Below are positions 12,523-28,622 of a stretch of 34,695 bases of DNA, one piece after another; the first letter of the stretch is position 1, and every line of letters starts with the position of its first letter. Source of the DNA: Perkinsus olseni (lineage: Eukaryota); NCBI GenBank assembly GCA_013115125.1, contig JABANN010000369.1:1-34695 (forward strand), in the 5' to 3' direction. Both the position numbers and the translations under genes were made by a program. Under the pieces are notes generated by a model that ran no database searches, was not told the origin of the DNA, and was given only the letters and a program-made list of their open reading frames with translations.

Positions 12523-13114
12523 TGTTATGTCGTGTTACTCAATATATTGCGACAGAGTTTTGCTCGATGGAAGTGATCCCCTGAGCAATCCTCAGCCACA
12601 AGGTGGGTTTACTGAACACAAGATGCAAATTGCCTCATGCAATGTGTAACAGAGCGGCTTTGCTCGGTTCCCGCGTAGGATAGATTAACGTTCATGTGTA
12701 AGGATGAAGCTATTAGCCTCTGTTCCAAACCACTGAATCGTGCAGATAGTGGTGTACTGTACCTGTGGAGGCCTGTCATCGGATATGCATCCCACACCAG
12801 CCCTGGCGGCAAGAGGTGGTTCAGCCAGATTAAGACCCGAACCAGTGAACCGAGAGCCTCGGCGTGTGAACGTTTGAACCAGAGCTTGCTGCATTCACGT
12901 GGGTGCTAGTCACCTGCATACTGCTCTCACAGCGCTTAAGCGCCGTGATGGACCCGGGAAGGCTTTTGTGTTAGTAATGAAGCTTTGTTTTTAACGTAGA
13001 AAGCTTCAAGACAAGAGCCACCTGGTAACTCATAGAGCGCAAGCTTCACATAGCATGTTGAGACAGCGATGTTCACTAGAAATGCATCATGCTTCATGAA
13101 ACAAGTGAGCTCCA

Positions 13115-16055
<2,941 letters not shown>

Positions 16056-16139
16056 CGCAGAAGAATGGCCAGGCTTCACCACGTGTATCGCTCATATGCG
16101 CATACTTCAACTCAAAACAGGGGGCATCGCAAGTACTCT

Positions 16140-18872
16140 CTAGCGAACTGTCATGCCGTACGAAGTGGAAGAGAAGGCTCGCTGAGGTGCTGTGGATAGG
16201 AGAATAGACGACTGTGATGTGGACTCTATAAGAAGCGCGAGCCGGGGATTAGTAGATGTAGCATTCCAGCCATGACAGGTACCTTGAATGGGCGGGAAGA
16301 CGTTCCAGAAGCGTAGGGTCTCATCGCCGGCGCCAGTGACGACAGTCTGCCCATCTGGTGATACCGATAGGTACAGCACCCGGTATGTATGGCCCGTGAG
16401 AGTCACCACCTAGCCAAACAGGGCCACAAAAGCCGTGCACAGATGAACGACGAATAACGGCCAAGCTATGTTAGCAGCTCACCTTCCGCATGCTAGGATA
16501 TTTCCAGACCACGACCTGATTCAGCGAGTACCCGTGAGTTGACACCACCTCGTTCACACTCTTAGCCCAGCTCAAGTTGCAGACTTGGGAGCCTAGAAAT
16601 GTTCAGAGATGGGCATGGTAGGATAGACCGTTCGCAGGGGAACCTGTATCGACACAGTTCAGACAAGTGCCAGTATGGGTATCCCAAAAGCGGATGCAAC
16701 GGTCCGCAGTGCCGCCACCGGTAGCTAGCGTATGGTGCTGATGTGGCGACCAAGCTAGAGCCTGTAAGAAGATAAGCATTGCACTACCGCAAAATATCTG
16801 AGCAAGTGAGCCAAGCGAGTATAAACTCACTTTCACTGCTGCTTGATGGTCGGCCAATCTCAGTACTGGCGAGATCCTGCTCGAATGCCCCTGAGAGAAC
16901 GAAACATACGGTGTTGCGTGGCTGGCTTGCGTCGTGGCTTGTCATAGAGTGCATCGGGAAAATCTCACATCTGGTACGTTCCCTGAAGGCATCATAGAGG
17001 CACTCCAAGTAAGAACCTTGTTGTCATTTCCACCGCTGGCAAGCATTGCCCCGTTGTGGGACCAGCTCAAGCCACAAACCTGCCACACTCTGCCGCTAGT
17101 GACCTAGTGGGCGTGCGATGACGCTCACGAGACTTGCCTCCTGACGGTGCCCAATCAGTTTGTCCACATTCCTTTGGGGACTACGAGTGTCTCTTAGTAG
17201 AATGGAGTGGTCTCTCCCGCCAGTCGCAAGGCGAGAACCGCTCCATGCAAGGGCACCGACCCTTCCACTGTGTCCGATTGCATCATGGATCTTCTCGCAC
17301 TAGTGATGAGGAAATTGACGGACCCAAGAGTCGGTAGTGGGCTCCGTTCAGCCAGCTCACCCGGACAGGGTCCCAGACCTGCACATCTCCTTTTCCCGTG
17401 CCAATAGCCAAGCTGGATCCCTGAAAAACCCTCGAGGCCGGCGGGAAACTTCGTCGGGCGAATCGATACACTGAGAGATATTTGAGGCACGGTACTCCGT
17501 CACGCCCACCGGTGTGTGCACAGCCCCTAAAGAGCGTCGGTTAGCGTATAAGTTCGAGAGAAACCCCACCACAAATGCATAAACACCCACCGTGGGGCTC
17601 GAACCCACGACCACAAGGTTAAGAGCCTTGCGCTCTACCGACTGAGCTAGACGGGCTACATTTGGTATTGTGGAGGGCCGTCTTTAATCGTGTGCCCAGG
17701 AGGCCACTATTACGTCCTGATTCCATGCTACACTTGCCACTAAGTCGTCCTCAGGAACCTCGCACAGCTGAGTTACCGCCCCGGTCATGGGGCACCACAG
17801 GTAAACCGTTTTAGCGAGTCCAACGGCGAGGACGTTGCCTGCTCTGAGAAGACCTCCGATAGCCCTTCTCCGTCTAGGTTCGCCTTCACGGACCGAAACA
17901 AGTGTGTGACCTCATGTATAACTCACCCCCAATCCACCAAGTTCAGATAGAAATCATCTTGCAAGTTTGGAGCGTCCAAGACTTTCGCAGGAGACTGAAG
18001 TGCAAATACTGCAACCATAGAGTACAGTCACACGCAACTCACGCGGGAGATTTTGCGCAGGGGCTCAGTGTAACTCAGGCTCTTCCTTGTGCTGTGCGGC
18101 ACTGGATGGAGCTCTCTAGCTTCGTTCAGGAACTCCGCCTCGCTCTGAAGTGTCGGTCGACGTTTCTCAAGGCGTAGTGGCAAGGCAGCTTTGCCATCCA
18201 AGCACATCGCCGACCCACCGAATCCTTCGAGCGATCTTTGCCTAGATTTCCAAAGAGGCGCGGTCTCCCTAGGGAAGTGCCATGAGTCTGGGGTGATCCA
18301 TCTTGACTAAAGAGTCGACAGTGGCCAGCCCTTGCTTAACTTCGCTGAGTACTTGTAGACTATGCTCCTCGCCGTGGGCGTCAGAGACGATGCATCTTCA
18401 GAGTTGCCCGGCATGTCCGGCGACAAGTCGAAACCCATCAGCTCGGAACACAGGGCTTGCATGTAAGACTCGCGAGACGCTTCTGAAAGACTTTGGACTT
18501 CAACTCCTCCCGATTGGAGGGGCGAGCAGGCAACTGCGAGCGCGCAGGTCGTTCACCATCTGACCTCACCAGCTCGCATGTTCTGAGCATCTGCGGCTGA
18601 ATGCCCAACAGACTAAAGCAGGCAGAAGAGACTAATGGTATCAGCACCATTAACCCCACCTGTCTCGTGGAGTCCCTCCGCCAGAACGCGCCATTGCGCG
18701 ATAGCTCTCCGAGCAAAACGAAAGTGGACTGCAAATGGAAAGGGACACCGATACGATGGAACAAAGACCCGCCTTTTGCAACACCTACTTGGAACTCTTG
18801 TGTGTTCGCAGATACTGGAGGAATCTGATGCGAGAACATAGACTGGCGGCCACGGCGGCGCGACGGTGTCAT
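16140..18872 (-). CDS. FZR1: APC/C co-activator, Cdc20/Cdh1 (Fizzy-related) WD40 protein
   Basis: [88 protein letters not shown] and an IR-tail-like terminal VR*. RVLYL favours Cdh1 over Cdc20. Start approximate. Confidence 0.93.
17584..17656 (-). tRNA. trnK: tRNA-Lys (CTT), inside Cdh1/Fzr intron 17421-17713
   Basis: Reverse complement GCCCGTCTAGCTCAGTCGGTAGAGCGCAAGGCTCTTAACCTTGTGGTCGTGGGTTCGAGCCCCACGGTGGGTG forms a complete cloverleaf with CTT anticodon. Confidence 0.97.
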
Positions 18873-18999
18873 GGGATGCAACGGAATACAGGACGACTCG
18901 GGCTCAAATGATTCAGCCCTCAATCTGTTATGTGGTCGGAGCACATCTCAATGTCAGACTTCCATTCTTTTGATCACGAGATAGGCAGTCCGAAGTGTC

Positions 19000-20850
19000 A
19001 TGCCAGGCATGATTCACTCTAGGGACCTGGACAGCTTCACCCCACCGCAGTGACTGCGGGCAGTCTGGTCTACCATCGATTATTGCTCAAGATGTTACTT
19101 TACACACGAAAGCTAGGACTTTCTGTCTACACATGCGTGCCTCGCCGCAGAGTCTCAGCAAAGAGCACGATAGCTCGGCGGGACATAGGGTACGCTGATT
19201 CACATGCAGGAGTGGCTTGGGGGAGTCACGAAAATCTGAGATCAAGCAGGCTCCGCACGAGCAAGTGCAGGTCCCGTACGGGGCCAAGGCCTCGCTGGGG
19301 ACCCTGATGCTCGATCCTCAACCATTAGATACCTAGGAGAGCAAGACATGAAAAGGATAGCTAATTCGACTATGAGTATGCACTTGCCGTCTGCACCACT
19401 GGATAGCCCCAGTTCGGAACGGTGGAGGTCAGTATCTGGGGCCACATGGCTGAGCCCCCCGACGTAGCTGAGGAACACATAGCACTGTTGAGTAGGGCAG
19501 AGGACCAGCCAGAGTCGTGTGCATGTCGGCTTACCGATGTGGAGCATCGGCTCGTCCGACCTCTTCAGGGTTCAAATTCGAGATCTGCCTGAGAGCCTCC
19601 TCGAGAACACGGGATACCTCCACCGCTCGGTGAGCAACGTACTGCACGCAGCGCAATTAATGCAAAGGCTTAATATCAAGAGCAGCTAAAATACCTGGCT
19701 TTGGAGGTGTGTGCTTTGAGACGCACTATTGGCGGCCTTGACAGAAGCCAAGGTAACCAAGCCCTTGGTTCCTGACTCTGTAAGGTTGATGCCCATCCGC
19801 CGTGAGTGAACAGCTGCGGAAAGAAGGAGCAGTCAACACAACGCTCACAACACCAGAGAAATCTGTGAATAGACGGTTTTCTACGTGGGATGTAGACATG
19901 CTCACAAAGTGAGGTTAAGCTTCTTTCAGCTGGCCTTAGAGGCAGCTGAGGGTCGGCAGAACCTTTAGGGACAGCATCGCCTGAAGCACATGCGATGAAC
20001 CCGGGCACGCTTCTTTCCCAACAGAATGGGCACGGTGATTCCCCAACAGGAGGGTCAAGGTTGTTGACGAACAGTGAAGAGCTAGCGCGTAGTACGACGG
20101 CAGTACAACAGCATCAATGTCAGGCGGCGACTAGACGGACCGTGGGGTTTCGATGAATCGTGATGGCCTTGAGCGAGTATGGGGAGATGATGTTCGGGTC
20201 GATGTAGGCTCAGGAGTGCCTCCATATCAACTGATCCAGATTCAGGGTTCAGCACCATGTACCTGTGAGCATCGCCTCAGTCCATGCCATGGTCGCTTCT
20301 TGGGCGGTTTCTCGTGGCACCAACTTAACAGCTACTGGACTTACCCTTCTTCGTAGGAGTGCCTACCTGGCACATCTGACCAGGCTAACCTTAGCATCTC
20401 CTCTGGAGTTTCTGTCAAGTGGTGATCGTGCAGGTATCTAGCTACTCACTTATGTGCAACTGCTCGGGGACGCACCTCATCCTGGCGGCATGGAACTCGG
20501 CCGGGGCCGCTTGGCTTAGTTGATTGAGCAACCGCAACGCGTGCTGAGCCGACTTCACCGCGGCGTGAGCCTCAAGCTGGACGAAAGAACATGACCAAAA
20601 GTTCACGCGGTGGCAACCGAACCGACCTGGCTTTTGAATGCAGCGTTGTTAGCAGCGTATGCGGCCACCTTGACCAAGCCCGGCCCTTGGAGGCCATACT
20701 TAGCATCGTCGAAGAGGACTGTCTTGGTCATGAGCGGATTGACTGCCGAACACGTACTCCCTCATTGACAACAAGAGAAGCTCTCAGGCAAAGAAATTGG
20801 TGAAGCGCGAAGCAACGACGAAAGAGATGACGAATGATGATCCATCTTGT
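19000..20850 (-). CDS. Hypothetical multi-exon protein
   Basis: Exon-like segments flanked by AG/GT, e.g. NPLMTKTVLFDDAKYGLQGPGLVKVAAYAANNAAFKSQ, LEAHAAVKSAQHALRLLNQL, YMVLNPESGSVDMEALLSL. Both ends uncertain. Confidence 0.5.
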
Positions 20851-20976
20851 TTTTAATGTCAAACATCCAATGGCTCGTCGTAGCTCACATGCCGAGATGT
20901 TCTGCCTGAGGGAAAGATAGGAGTTTCAACGATCGTCTTTCACCCGCCCCTAGAGGCACGGATCGTGCTCCCACTG

Positions 20977-22292
20977 CTAGAGGCATCGTAGGCGGCAACT
21001 ATCGCTGGAGGAGCTCACATCCTTTCTCATCAGGGTCCTCTGAGCCACAGCAGTCCCAGAAGAGGGCCTTATAATCGTCCCCATCAACGTTGCCTGTCGA
21101 ACGGGGCTGACAGTTGTAATGAAGAGGCCCCAGCCAGCGATACCGTAGTATCCTAGATCGTCGCTGTCCCAGACCCAGGCATCCCGCTTCCGTTCATTGG
21201 GATGCCATCGGCAAACAAACTGTTTAGGATGGTATCGACAGGACTGAGGAAAACACCAAGCCTTCATACGAACGAAAGCGACGCGAAGTCCCCTAACGAC
21301 CGGGGCTCACCGTATCTGTGTTGTCCTTCTCATCATAGCTCGACTGACATCTCTGGCAGATAGGCATCCATCAAACTTGAACAGCCTCCGGAACTCTGAG
21401 CTCTCCTTCCCGGATTCTACTCACAACGCAACCGTCAGAGACGCATCGAGAAACGACATTGTGACAGATCAGAGGTACCCCGCTGCGCATGGGAAGAGCA
21501 AGCCATTGGTCAGAGTCTATGATCAGCCTCGCTGTACTCCTTCGGTATGAAGCACTTGTTCGCCTTGCTCAGCTCATTACGCTTCGTGATGCTGGTGCCA
21601 GCCTCCTCCCGCTCTGCCATCAGTTCCTGAAACATCCCACAATAACGATTCAAGAGGGACGCCCTACGTAAAGCAGTATCACTCAAGCTCCGGATGAGCA
21701 GCGACTCAGCTTGAAGATGCCTGTCTAACAAGATATGAAGAGGAATCCCCTTTCATAAGAGATGGCTAATTGAAGCCATCGACCCCATGCTTACTCGCAT
21801 TCGGTTGGCGACGAAGTCGGAGGTTTCATACTTCTTCACACAGCGTCGCATCTTCCATGCTATGGGTTTACACTGCAGCAGGCTGAGGTATCTATCTGTC
21901 ACACAATCTACGTACTCATCTATCTCCGGCCTGACAAGAAATCCTCGGAGGAAAACCGGAGCCACCTCGGCTCGGTGAAGGTAGCTTGCCCACCGGCATT
22001 TCGCTCGTATTTCTGCCCCTATTATCTTAGTGACCTCAGCCTCTTCAGCACGCTCGAGCATAACAGCTTCACGGACTTCTGCATAGGGGATTCGCCGCAT
22101 ACGACTTTCTCTGATCGGACACGAGATTTGAATTACTCGGTCTGCCGACCGCTCCCCACCTGAGCTGGTCTTCCGTGAACTTCGGCAGTGAATCCTGCGA
22201 TAAGTATTCCAGTGGCTCAACGACAGGCTCGGGAGGCTCAAGGGCACCAGGGATGTGCTGCTGCCGTTCGTCCGCATACTCCGGAAAATCAT
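20977..22292 (-). CDS. Hypothetical protein with C-terminal Cys/His zinc-binding motif (Btk/CHORD-like)
   Basis: Long first exon (within ORF 21753-22418), helical middle, and C-terminal CRYHPKQFVCRWHP...FWDCCGSEDPDEKGC matching a C-x-YHP...W-x-CC...GC pattern. Confidence 0.55.
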
Positions 22293-22467
22293 CCTCAGGA
22301 GGAAGCGTGTGCTCGTACTGACCCCTCTTCTCGCCCTAAAACCGAACCGGTGAACGACTATTACCGCCAACAAGAACGATGATCTGCGTCCACACTCCGC
22401 GGCATTATCGATACTCACGCCCCACTACAACCGAGCGCCTACCGGTAATCTGATCTGCGGGCCCTGA

Positions 22468-25400
22468 TTATGGGAATGGAGTTCTGTGGGCTCGACCGGT
22501 ATGGCCCAGGGCGAGTGCCCCATGAAGAAGCTCGTCATAGTGTGTTAACAAATCTGCAGCGGCCTGGCTCCCAACCCACACTCGCACCAAACGAACCCAA
22601 CACCACACAAGTCATATCGAGCAAGCCACGTGGTCTATATACGGAAGCCTCATGGACGCTCATGAGAGACGAGATGCATTATACTCCTCAACCTTCAATT
22701 CCACATTCAGTCTCGATACTTCCTCGGCATGATTGCGGCTCATAGCCGAAAATTGTGCGTTCAACGATTCTATGCGGTGACGGAGTTGCTCTCTCCTCAG
22801 CTCAAGTACGGTTACCTAATAACGAGTCGGACAGCCCATGTGATCTACGACATGGTTGGGTTGTGTTAAGCGATAAAAAAACTGAAAATTGCTTACTTCA
22901 TCTCGGAGTTGACCTACAGTCTGATCGAAGTCTGAGCATCTCCGATCCACCGCTCTTCCTGCCTCCTCTCGTGCGCTCCGCTCACGTTGTAGCCTTTTGA
23001 GACGGAGGGAAAGACTGAGGATCTTAAAACCAACACTCACTCAAGCGTTAGGCCACCCCGGCCACTTGACTTCTCACGTCGCCGTTGCGCCGCCGGATTT
23101 TTTCCTGAGCATCTTCGCCATCTATTTCAGGCTCGACATGATAGACCTGGCTCAAGGCTGCGTACTCTTCCATCAATGCGCTGAGACAATCCTGAACAAA
23201 ATGAGCTCGTGGCTATGCCTCTTCTAACTTTGAAATAGCGCGTCATGTGGGTATCTCCGAAGAGACCTGGTACTGCTCGTGCCGGGCATATCCCCGATCT
23301 TGCGTCTCCATCAGGCCATATCCATCATGATATCGTTGATGAAGATTAGCTAGGCAATCTCCCGGTAATGATACCTCCTGCCTTTGCACGTCCTCAGCCA
23401 ACTCTCTGGTCCTATCATGCCCAGCTCTCTTTGCTGCTCGCAATATCCCACGTTCAAGCCTATCAATTTGCTTGCCTCGGGAGGATACCTGTACTTCGGC
23501 TAGAGGGAGTCCCGGACCTCAGTGTTGCGCCCACTAGGACTGCAAATGATTGCGAATGTACAAGCTTAGTCATTGTTCACATCCTCATAACCCCCACTAC
23601 CTCCCTTCGCAAATCGCCAATGGGCTCAAGTTTGTGCTCCAGAGCTTCTATCTCCAACCCAACCTGTCTCCCAGCCTCCTCTAACTCTGCAAGCCGATGA
23701 GTCATCCGCTGGCGCGCCTGTCGAGAAAGAGCCCGTGAGATTCAGCGCGGCTCCTCGGGCACCCGTGAGCCTAGCCAGGGAGGTATCTCACGGTTTTTCT
23801 ATCAGAAACTCGTAGAGCCGCAAGTACCCTTGCTGCAGTACCTGGCATGTTGTTCCACCGATGTTTTGTTTCTTTGGATCACATAGTAACACAGTGTTAC
23901 TATGTGATAAAAAAACGTAAAATAACTTCTGAGTATTAATCCTGCTGCAATCGCAGCAGGATAGGGCCACGATCGCTGACGAGCTACTAGCTCGGAGCTA
24001 GAACGACAATCTCACACCCTATTTGCAGCGTCTTCGAACAGCTCTCGAAGCCACGGCAAGCCACTAAGTCAAGTCCCCGTACGGCACCTCTGCACAACGC
24101 AGACCGCTCTAATCATCGCCAAGATAGCAAAGAGTGATGTTCGCAGCAGCCTACACATCTGACGTTTTGGGGTTCGAAGCGGCTACTCTTGCTTCATTAG
24201 CAACATCAGATGAGAGCACCGATCATCGGTGCTAATCAGCTAATTTAGCTGCTCATGAGCCTGTCTTTCACATGTCACCAAGGAAACAGGCTTTGAAATC
24301 TTCAGGCTGGCCGGACAGACTTAAGCGATTGCCGAGGCATCGGGCCACCAGCATACGCAGGCTGAAGGCCCACTTCCGAGGCCGCCATGGATGGCTGAAG
24401 CGGCGCATAGTGAGGATAACGGTTATCACGGTCCATGCATGATGCACGATCTGACCTGTTTCCCACCTTCAATAGGTCTCACTAGGAGCCCCAGCCTATC
24501 AACCTATTTCCGCCTTTTCTATCAGATTTACATGGCGTAGAGAATCCCCACTAAGGCGCCCGAGAGAGTTTGCAGACACTCTAAGTAGTTGTTCCCCCCC
24601 CCTACGATTACAGCAAGTCCATCGTTATGGCACCGAAGCTGGTGGCACATCTCATAGCATCTTGCCATCAAGCTTTCTGCTGCGCTCATCCATCGACAGT
24701 TAGTAGCCCGTATGGCGTTGAAGCCGTCAGCTCCTCCCAAGATGCAATCCACATCGAGCTCTGTCAGGCAAACGGGCGTTCTTGAGAGTTTCTCAACTTC
24801 GTCCTGAGCAGCAGTAGTGATAGGAGAAGCAATCGGAACCAAATGAATCGATTAGCCCGATTTGACATGTTGGCGGCCAGCTTCGATATTCTCAATTCCC
24901 CTTCGAAGCAAGACTACTATGCACCAACGCTGTGGCACCTTCAGACCTCGTTGCTCCTCCTCAGCACCGAGTATTTGTGATTTGATGTGAGCCATTTTCT
25001 CCTTTCTCTCACGAAGCCCTGCTTCCAGCCCATCCAACTGCTCCCATGAGACATCACAAACCGGAAGCATATCATGCCTGAGTAGTGACCGAAAAGACTC
25101 GTGATCAAACAGAGGTGATAGGCAATATCAAGTCATGCTTACGCCAGCGTTACTTGGACCTAGTCCATAAGCGTGGCCCCTGCCGTTAGCAAGTCCTACA
25201 AGTTTGCCATGCCGCTCCTATCCGGGCTCTTTTCCCCGACGAAATGGCGATGCGCATGTCTCCACGAGACCGCTTCAAGTCCAACATCGTCGAGATCTTC
25301 AACTCCAGATCGTAACAACAGACGCACAGCTGCTGATTCGAGGCCTGCAGAAACGTGGGTCCGCAAGAGCTATTCAAGTATAGCCGCATAGAGGCCTGTT

Positions 25401-26130
25401 CGAATTTGTTCGTTGTTATGCGGACCTACCAGGAGAAGTGCTGAGATCGACACTCCTGGTCAGTCCGGCAGCCATCTCCGCTGGAGGTATTTCAACCGAG
25501 GCCGGTTGTACAGTGAGGCGATGATCAGGGCGAGGATGCTCCTGACTCATCTAGGAGACCACAATCCATGAGTCGCACCAGCAAGGGCTGTACTGCATAC
25601 CATAGCGATGTCAGCGAGGCTCTTGCCCTCGCAAGTACTCCTCTCGAGAAGCTCGAAAGCGATGGTCAGGCCATCGGCACAACTTCGACTTAGTGAGTAG
25701 ATGAGCGACGACCTGCAAACACTCTGGATCAGGCTTCCAGTGGACGGAGAGAAACCGTCGCTGACTTCTGACTTGCCATCTCTCTGTAGTTGCAATACTC
25801 CCACCTTCTCAGGATCACCGCCATCTCCTCTCAAGTAGAAGACACATACCAGGAGATAGGCCTGATGAGCGGCGACGCTACCGCAACGACATCTGGGGTA
25901 CCGGCGCGAACAGGGCCTCCACGTGAAAGGATTACCCACCCGATGGGCTAAACTATCATTCCTCTACCGATTACATAGCACAGCCGCTACAGCCGAGCAT
26001 TTCTCCCTACCCACTTCAGCCGGTATCAAATCTGTCGTGGAGAATCGTATCTCTAGCCTTGTGAGTGTACCATCTCCGATAGAATCCTCGCTAGAGGCCA
26101 GCTCAGTGGTCGAGCGAATCCCGTGGAGGT
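22468..26130 (-). CDS. Large coiled-coil hypothetical protein (one or two genes), multi-exon
   Basis: Heptad-rich exons (EQLDGLEAGLRERKEKMAHIKSQ; RLAELEEAGRQVGLEIEALEHKLE; LELRREQLRHRIESLNAQF) with GT/AG borders, ending RTPFP* at 22468. It may split within about 23850-24300. Confidence 0.5.
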
Positions 26131-26284
26131 GAAGGTGGAAACAATTGCTGAGGATACTGCGTTCCGGTAGCTTCCGGATACAATGATCGAAGCGATAACC
26201 TCCTCACCCTAAGGACCACTGGTAACACAACAGAGACGTCAACATTGAAAAACTTCCTCACACACCGATGATAGTAAAAACTTG

Positions 26285-27620
26285 TTAGAGTTTCCCGGCC
26301 ATGGCCATTTTGTACTGACCGTTCGCTTGACGAACCGCCAGGTCCAGCATGATCTCCTCTGAGCCCCCAGGGATGGCTAGAGCACGGACGTCACGATACA
26401 GCCTCTCAACAACTTCTCCAAGACCACTCCGCGTGTAGGCATTACCGCCAAATATTTGCGATGCCTCCCGAGCGCAATACTCGAACATCTAAAGGACATG
26501 CGATCGCCAATTCGGATTTGACGTATCGTCCTACCTTAGTGCAATGAGCCTTGCAGAGCGCCAGTGGCCCGCCTAACATCAGGACTGCCTGCTTTGGCGG
26601 CATAGTACACATCTGGTGGGTGAGACTCTCCATCCAGCCCTGAGCTCCCTCGATCTGACGAGCCATCTCAGCCAGTTTCCATCGGATCACTGGATGTTCA
26701 ATCAAAGCCTTGCCGAAGGTCTTTCTCTTCTGCGCATACTTGAAGGAGATCTCATAGAGCAATCGGCTAAACCTGACTGCCTGCACGACGAAGCCCCAAC
26801 GCTCGTGGTTGAAGTTAAACATGATAACCTTGAAGCCTTCATTCTCCTTGCCCAGTAGATTCTCGACGGGCACTTTCACATCATTGAACTCGACGAAGGT
26901 GGTGCCACTGGACCACACACCTTGGCAGTCCATCTGTCTCACAGTTACTCCCGGGCCTTTAGGCACCAGCAGAACAGAGATTCCATTCATACCCTCTGGG
27001 CCGGTTCGAACAGCCGTAGTGAAGTAGTCGGAGAATATACCGTTAGTGATCCACTTCTTCTCGCCATTCACGATGTAGTGTTTTCCATCGGCCGACAGCT
27101 TAGCCGTGGCTCGGATGCTAGCAACGTCACTCCCCGTCTGGGGCTCGGTAACAGCAAGGGAGATGAACTCCTCTCCTCGCAAGCAGGCCGGTACCACACG
27201 ATCACGCACACTCGGACGAGCGAAATTCATGACAGGGGTGAGGCCTATGGAGTAGCCAACCACAAGACCTCCAACCACGCCTCCACTACCGCATCGGGAC
27301 AGCTCGTCCAACAGGATGAGCTCGTGAAAAACGTCGTAGCCCTTGGGCTTAGGAGCGACCGACGGGTCGGCGAAATCGAAACCACGTTCACCCACAACAC
27401 AGGGCGTGAGGCCTGCCTTATAGAGCTTCTCATAGACATCAAGAGGGACCTTCTTCGCCTCCTCCCATTCCTTGACGTAGGGGATTATCTCACTCTCGAC
27501 GAACTTGCGGCACCTGTCTCGCCAATCACGGTGGCTCTGGTTGTAGTAAGGGGAGTCGTGATCACTACGATACCAACTAGGCTCTCCATAGGGCACTACG
27601 CTGCCGTAGGGAGGCGACAT
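26285..27620 (-). CDS. Acyl-CoA dehydrogenase, two exons (about 27620-26535 and 26488-26285)
   Basis: LAVTEPQTGSDVA, NGEKKWITNG, NFNHERW, RKTFGK, QIFGGNAYTR, RDVRALAIPGGSEEIM; one short GT-AG intron at CTK|MFE. Confidence 0.97.
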
Positions 27621-28622
27621 ATCGAATACACTGTGAGGAATACGAAGTTCTTACTATGCCGATTAGCGTCATCCGATTTTATCCAGAGAGGCTGATAAAC
27701 CAGTGGAATACACCGCCTTAAAGTAAGCAGCAACTCGACATTTCCGAGTTCAACTGTGGTGGCGAATATGGATACCGACGTACGGTATTCGTATCCTAGA
27801 ACATGGATAATTTCGAGGATTCGTGTGAATATGTTCTCACAGCAGTTCAGTAAGTACACGACTCCAAGAGAATATCCACGCGCAGTCACATCGCAGCAAG
27901 AACTTTCGGTGTTCCACGATCAACCTTGCCGAGATACCCTCATGAATTTCCAGCTCGACCTCCAACCTCTGAAAATGCGAGAGTGGAGTCCACCCTTTGA
28001 CGCGGTTTGTATCACTTTCGTTGTCTTTCGGAACCAGCACTGTCGGATCTCGCTACGCCATTGTAATCGATTCGCGCGCATTCCGCACTGACAAGGGCGC
28101 CTGATCCGCTGAACGGGCGCGCGGCACGTTGATCTGTGAATCACAGACTGTGATGGTCGCTTGTTACAGGCTGCAGGCTGGATTCGCCAGTGAAACTCCG
28201 AGAATGTCAGGAGCGATCAGAGGTCACAGAGCTGATTATACGATGCTTACATTGGGCGCAGAACGGCAGCGAATGAACGTGAAGTGGCACTCCTTTTCCG
28301 TTACCATTTTTCTCTCCTTTTCCGAGTTCGTCGCCCACTACTAATGATGCTCGGCTTGTCTCGTCGCGCCTTGGGCCCTGCACTCATCCGTCCGCTGTAC
28401 CAGCGTGGCGTCATGGCTGCTTCTGGCAACACTTTCAGGACTACCATCCCAACTGTGTAAGTAACGAGGATCCGCCCATTGGCCCGCCATATTCATCGCA
28501 TGGGAAGTCCTCTCAAGTGCCTGCAATTGTTTGGACCGCGTCTGCAATGGAATTGCCTTATCAAGAAGCTGCGTGAGATCGTACTTTTCAGGTGGTCTAA
28601 TGGCGTTCGAGGCTTCGCCAGC

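Noticed and set aside
23147-23156. CTGGCTCAAG matching the 3' end of the Perkinsus/dinoflagellate spliced leader
   Set aside because: Only 10 nt match, upstream bases disagree, and it lies antisense within a coding exon.
26922-27695. 257-aa plus-strand ORF
   Set aside because: Antisense shadow of the acyl-CoA dehydrogenase exon; no independent features.
27700-28480. Short ORFs between the acyl-CoA dehydrogenase and the membrane-protein gene
   Set aside because: No recognisable motifs or consistent exon structure; treated as intergenic or degraded sequence.
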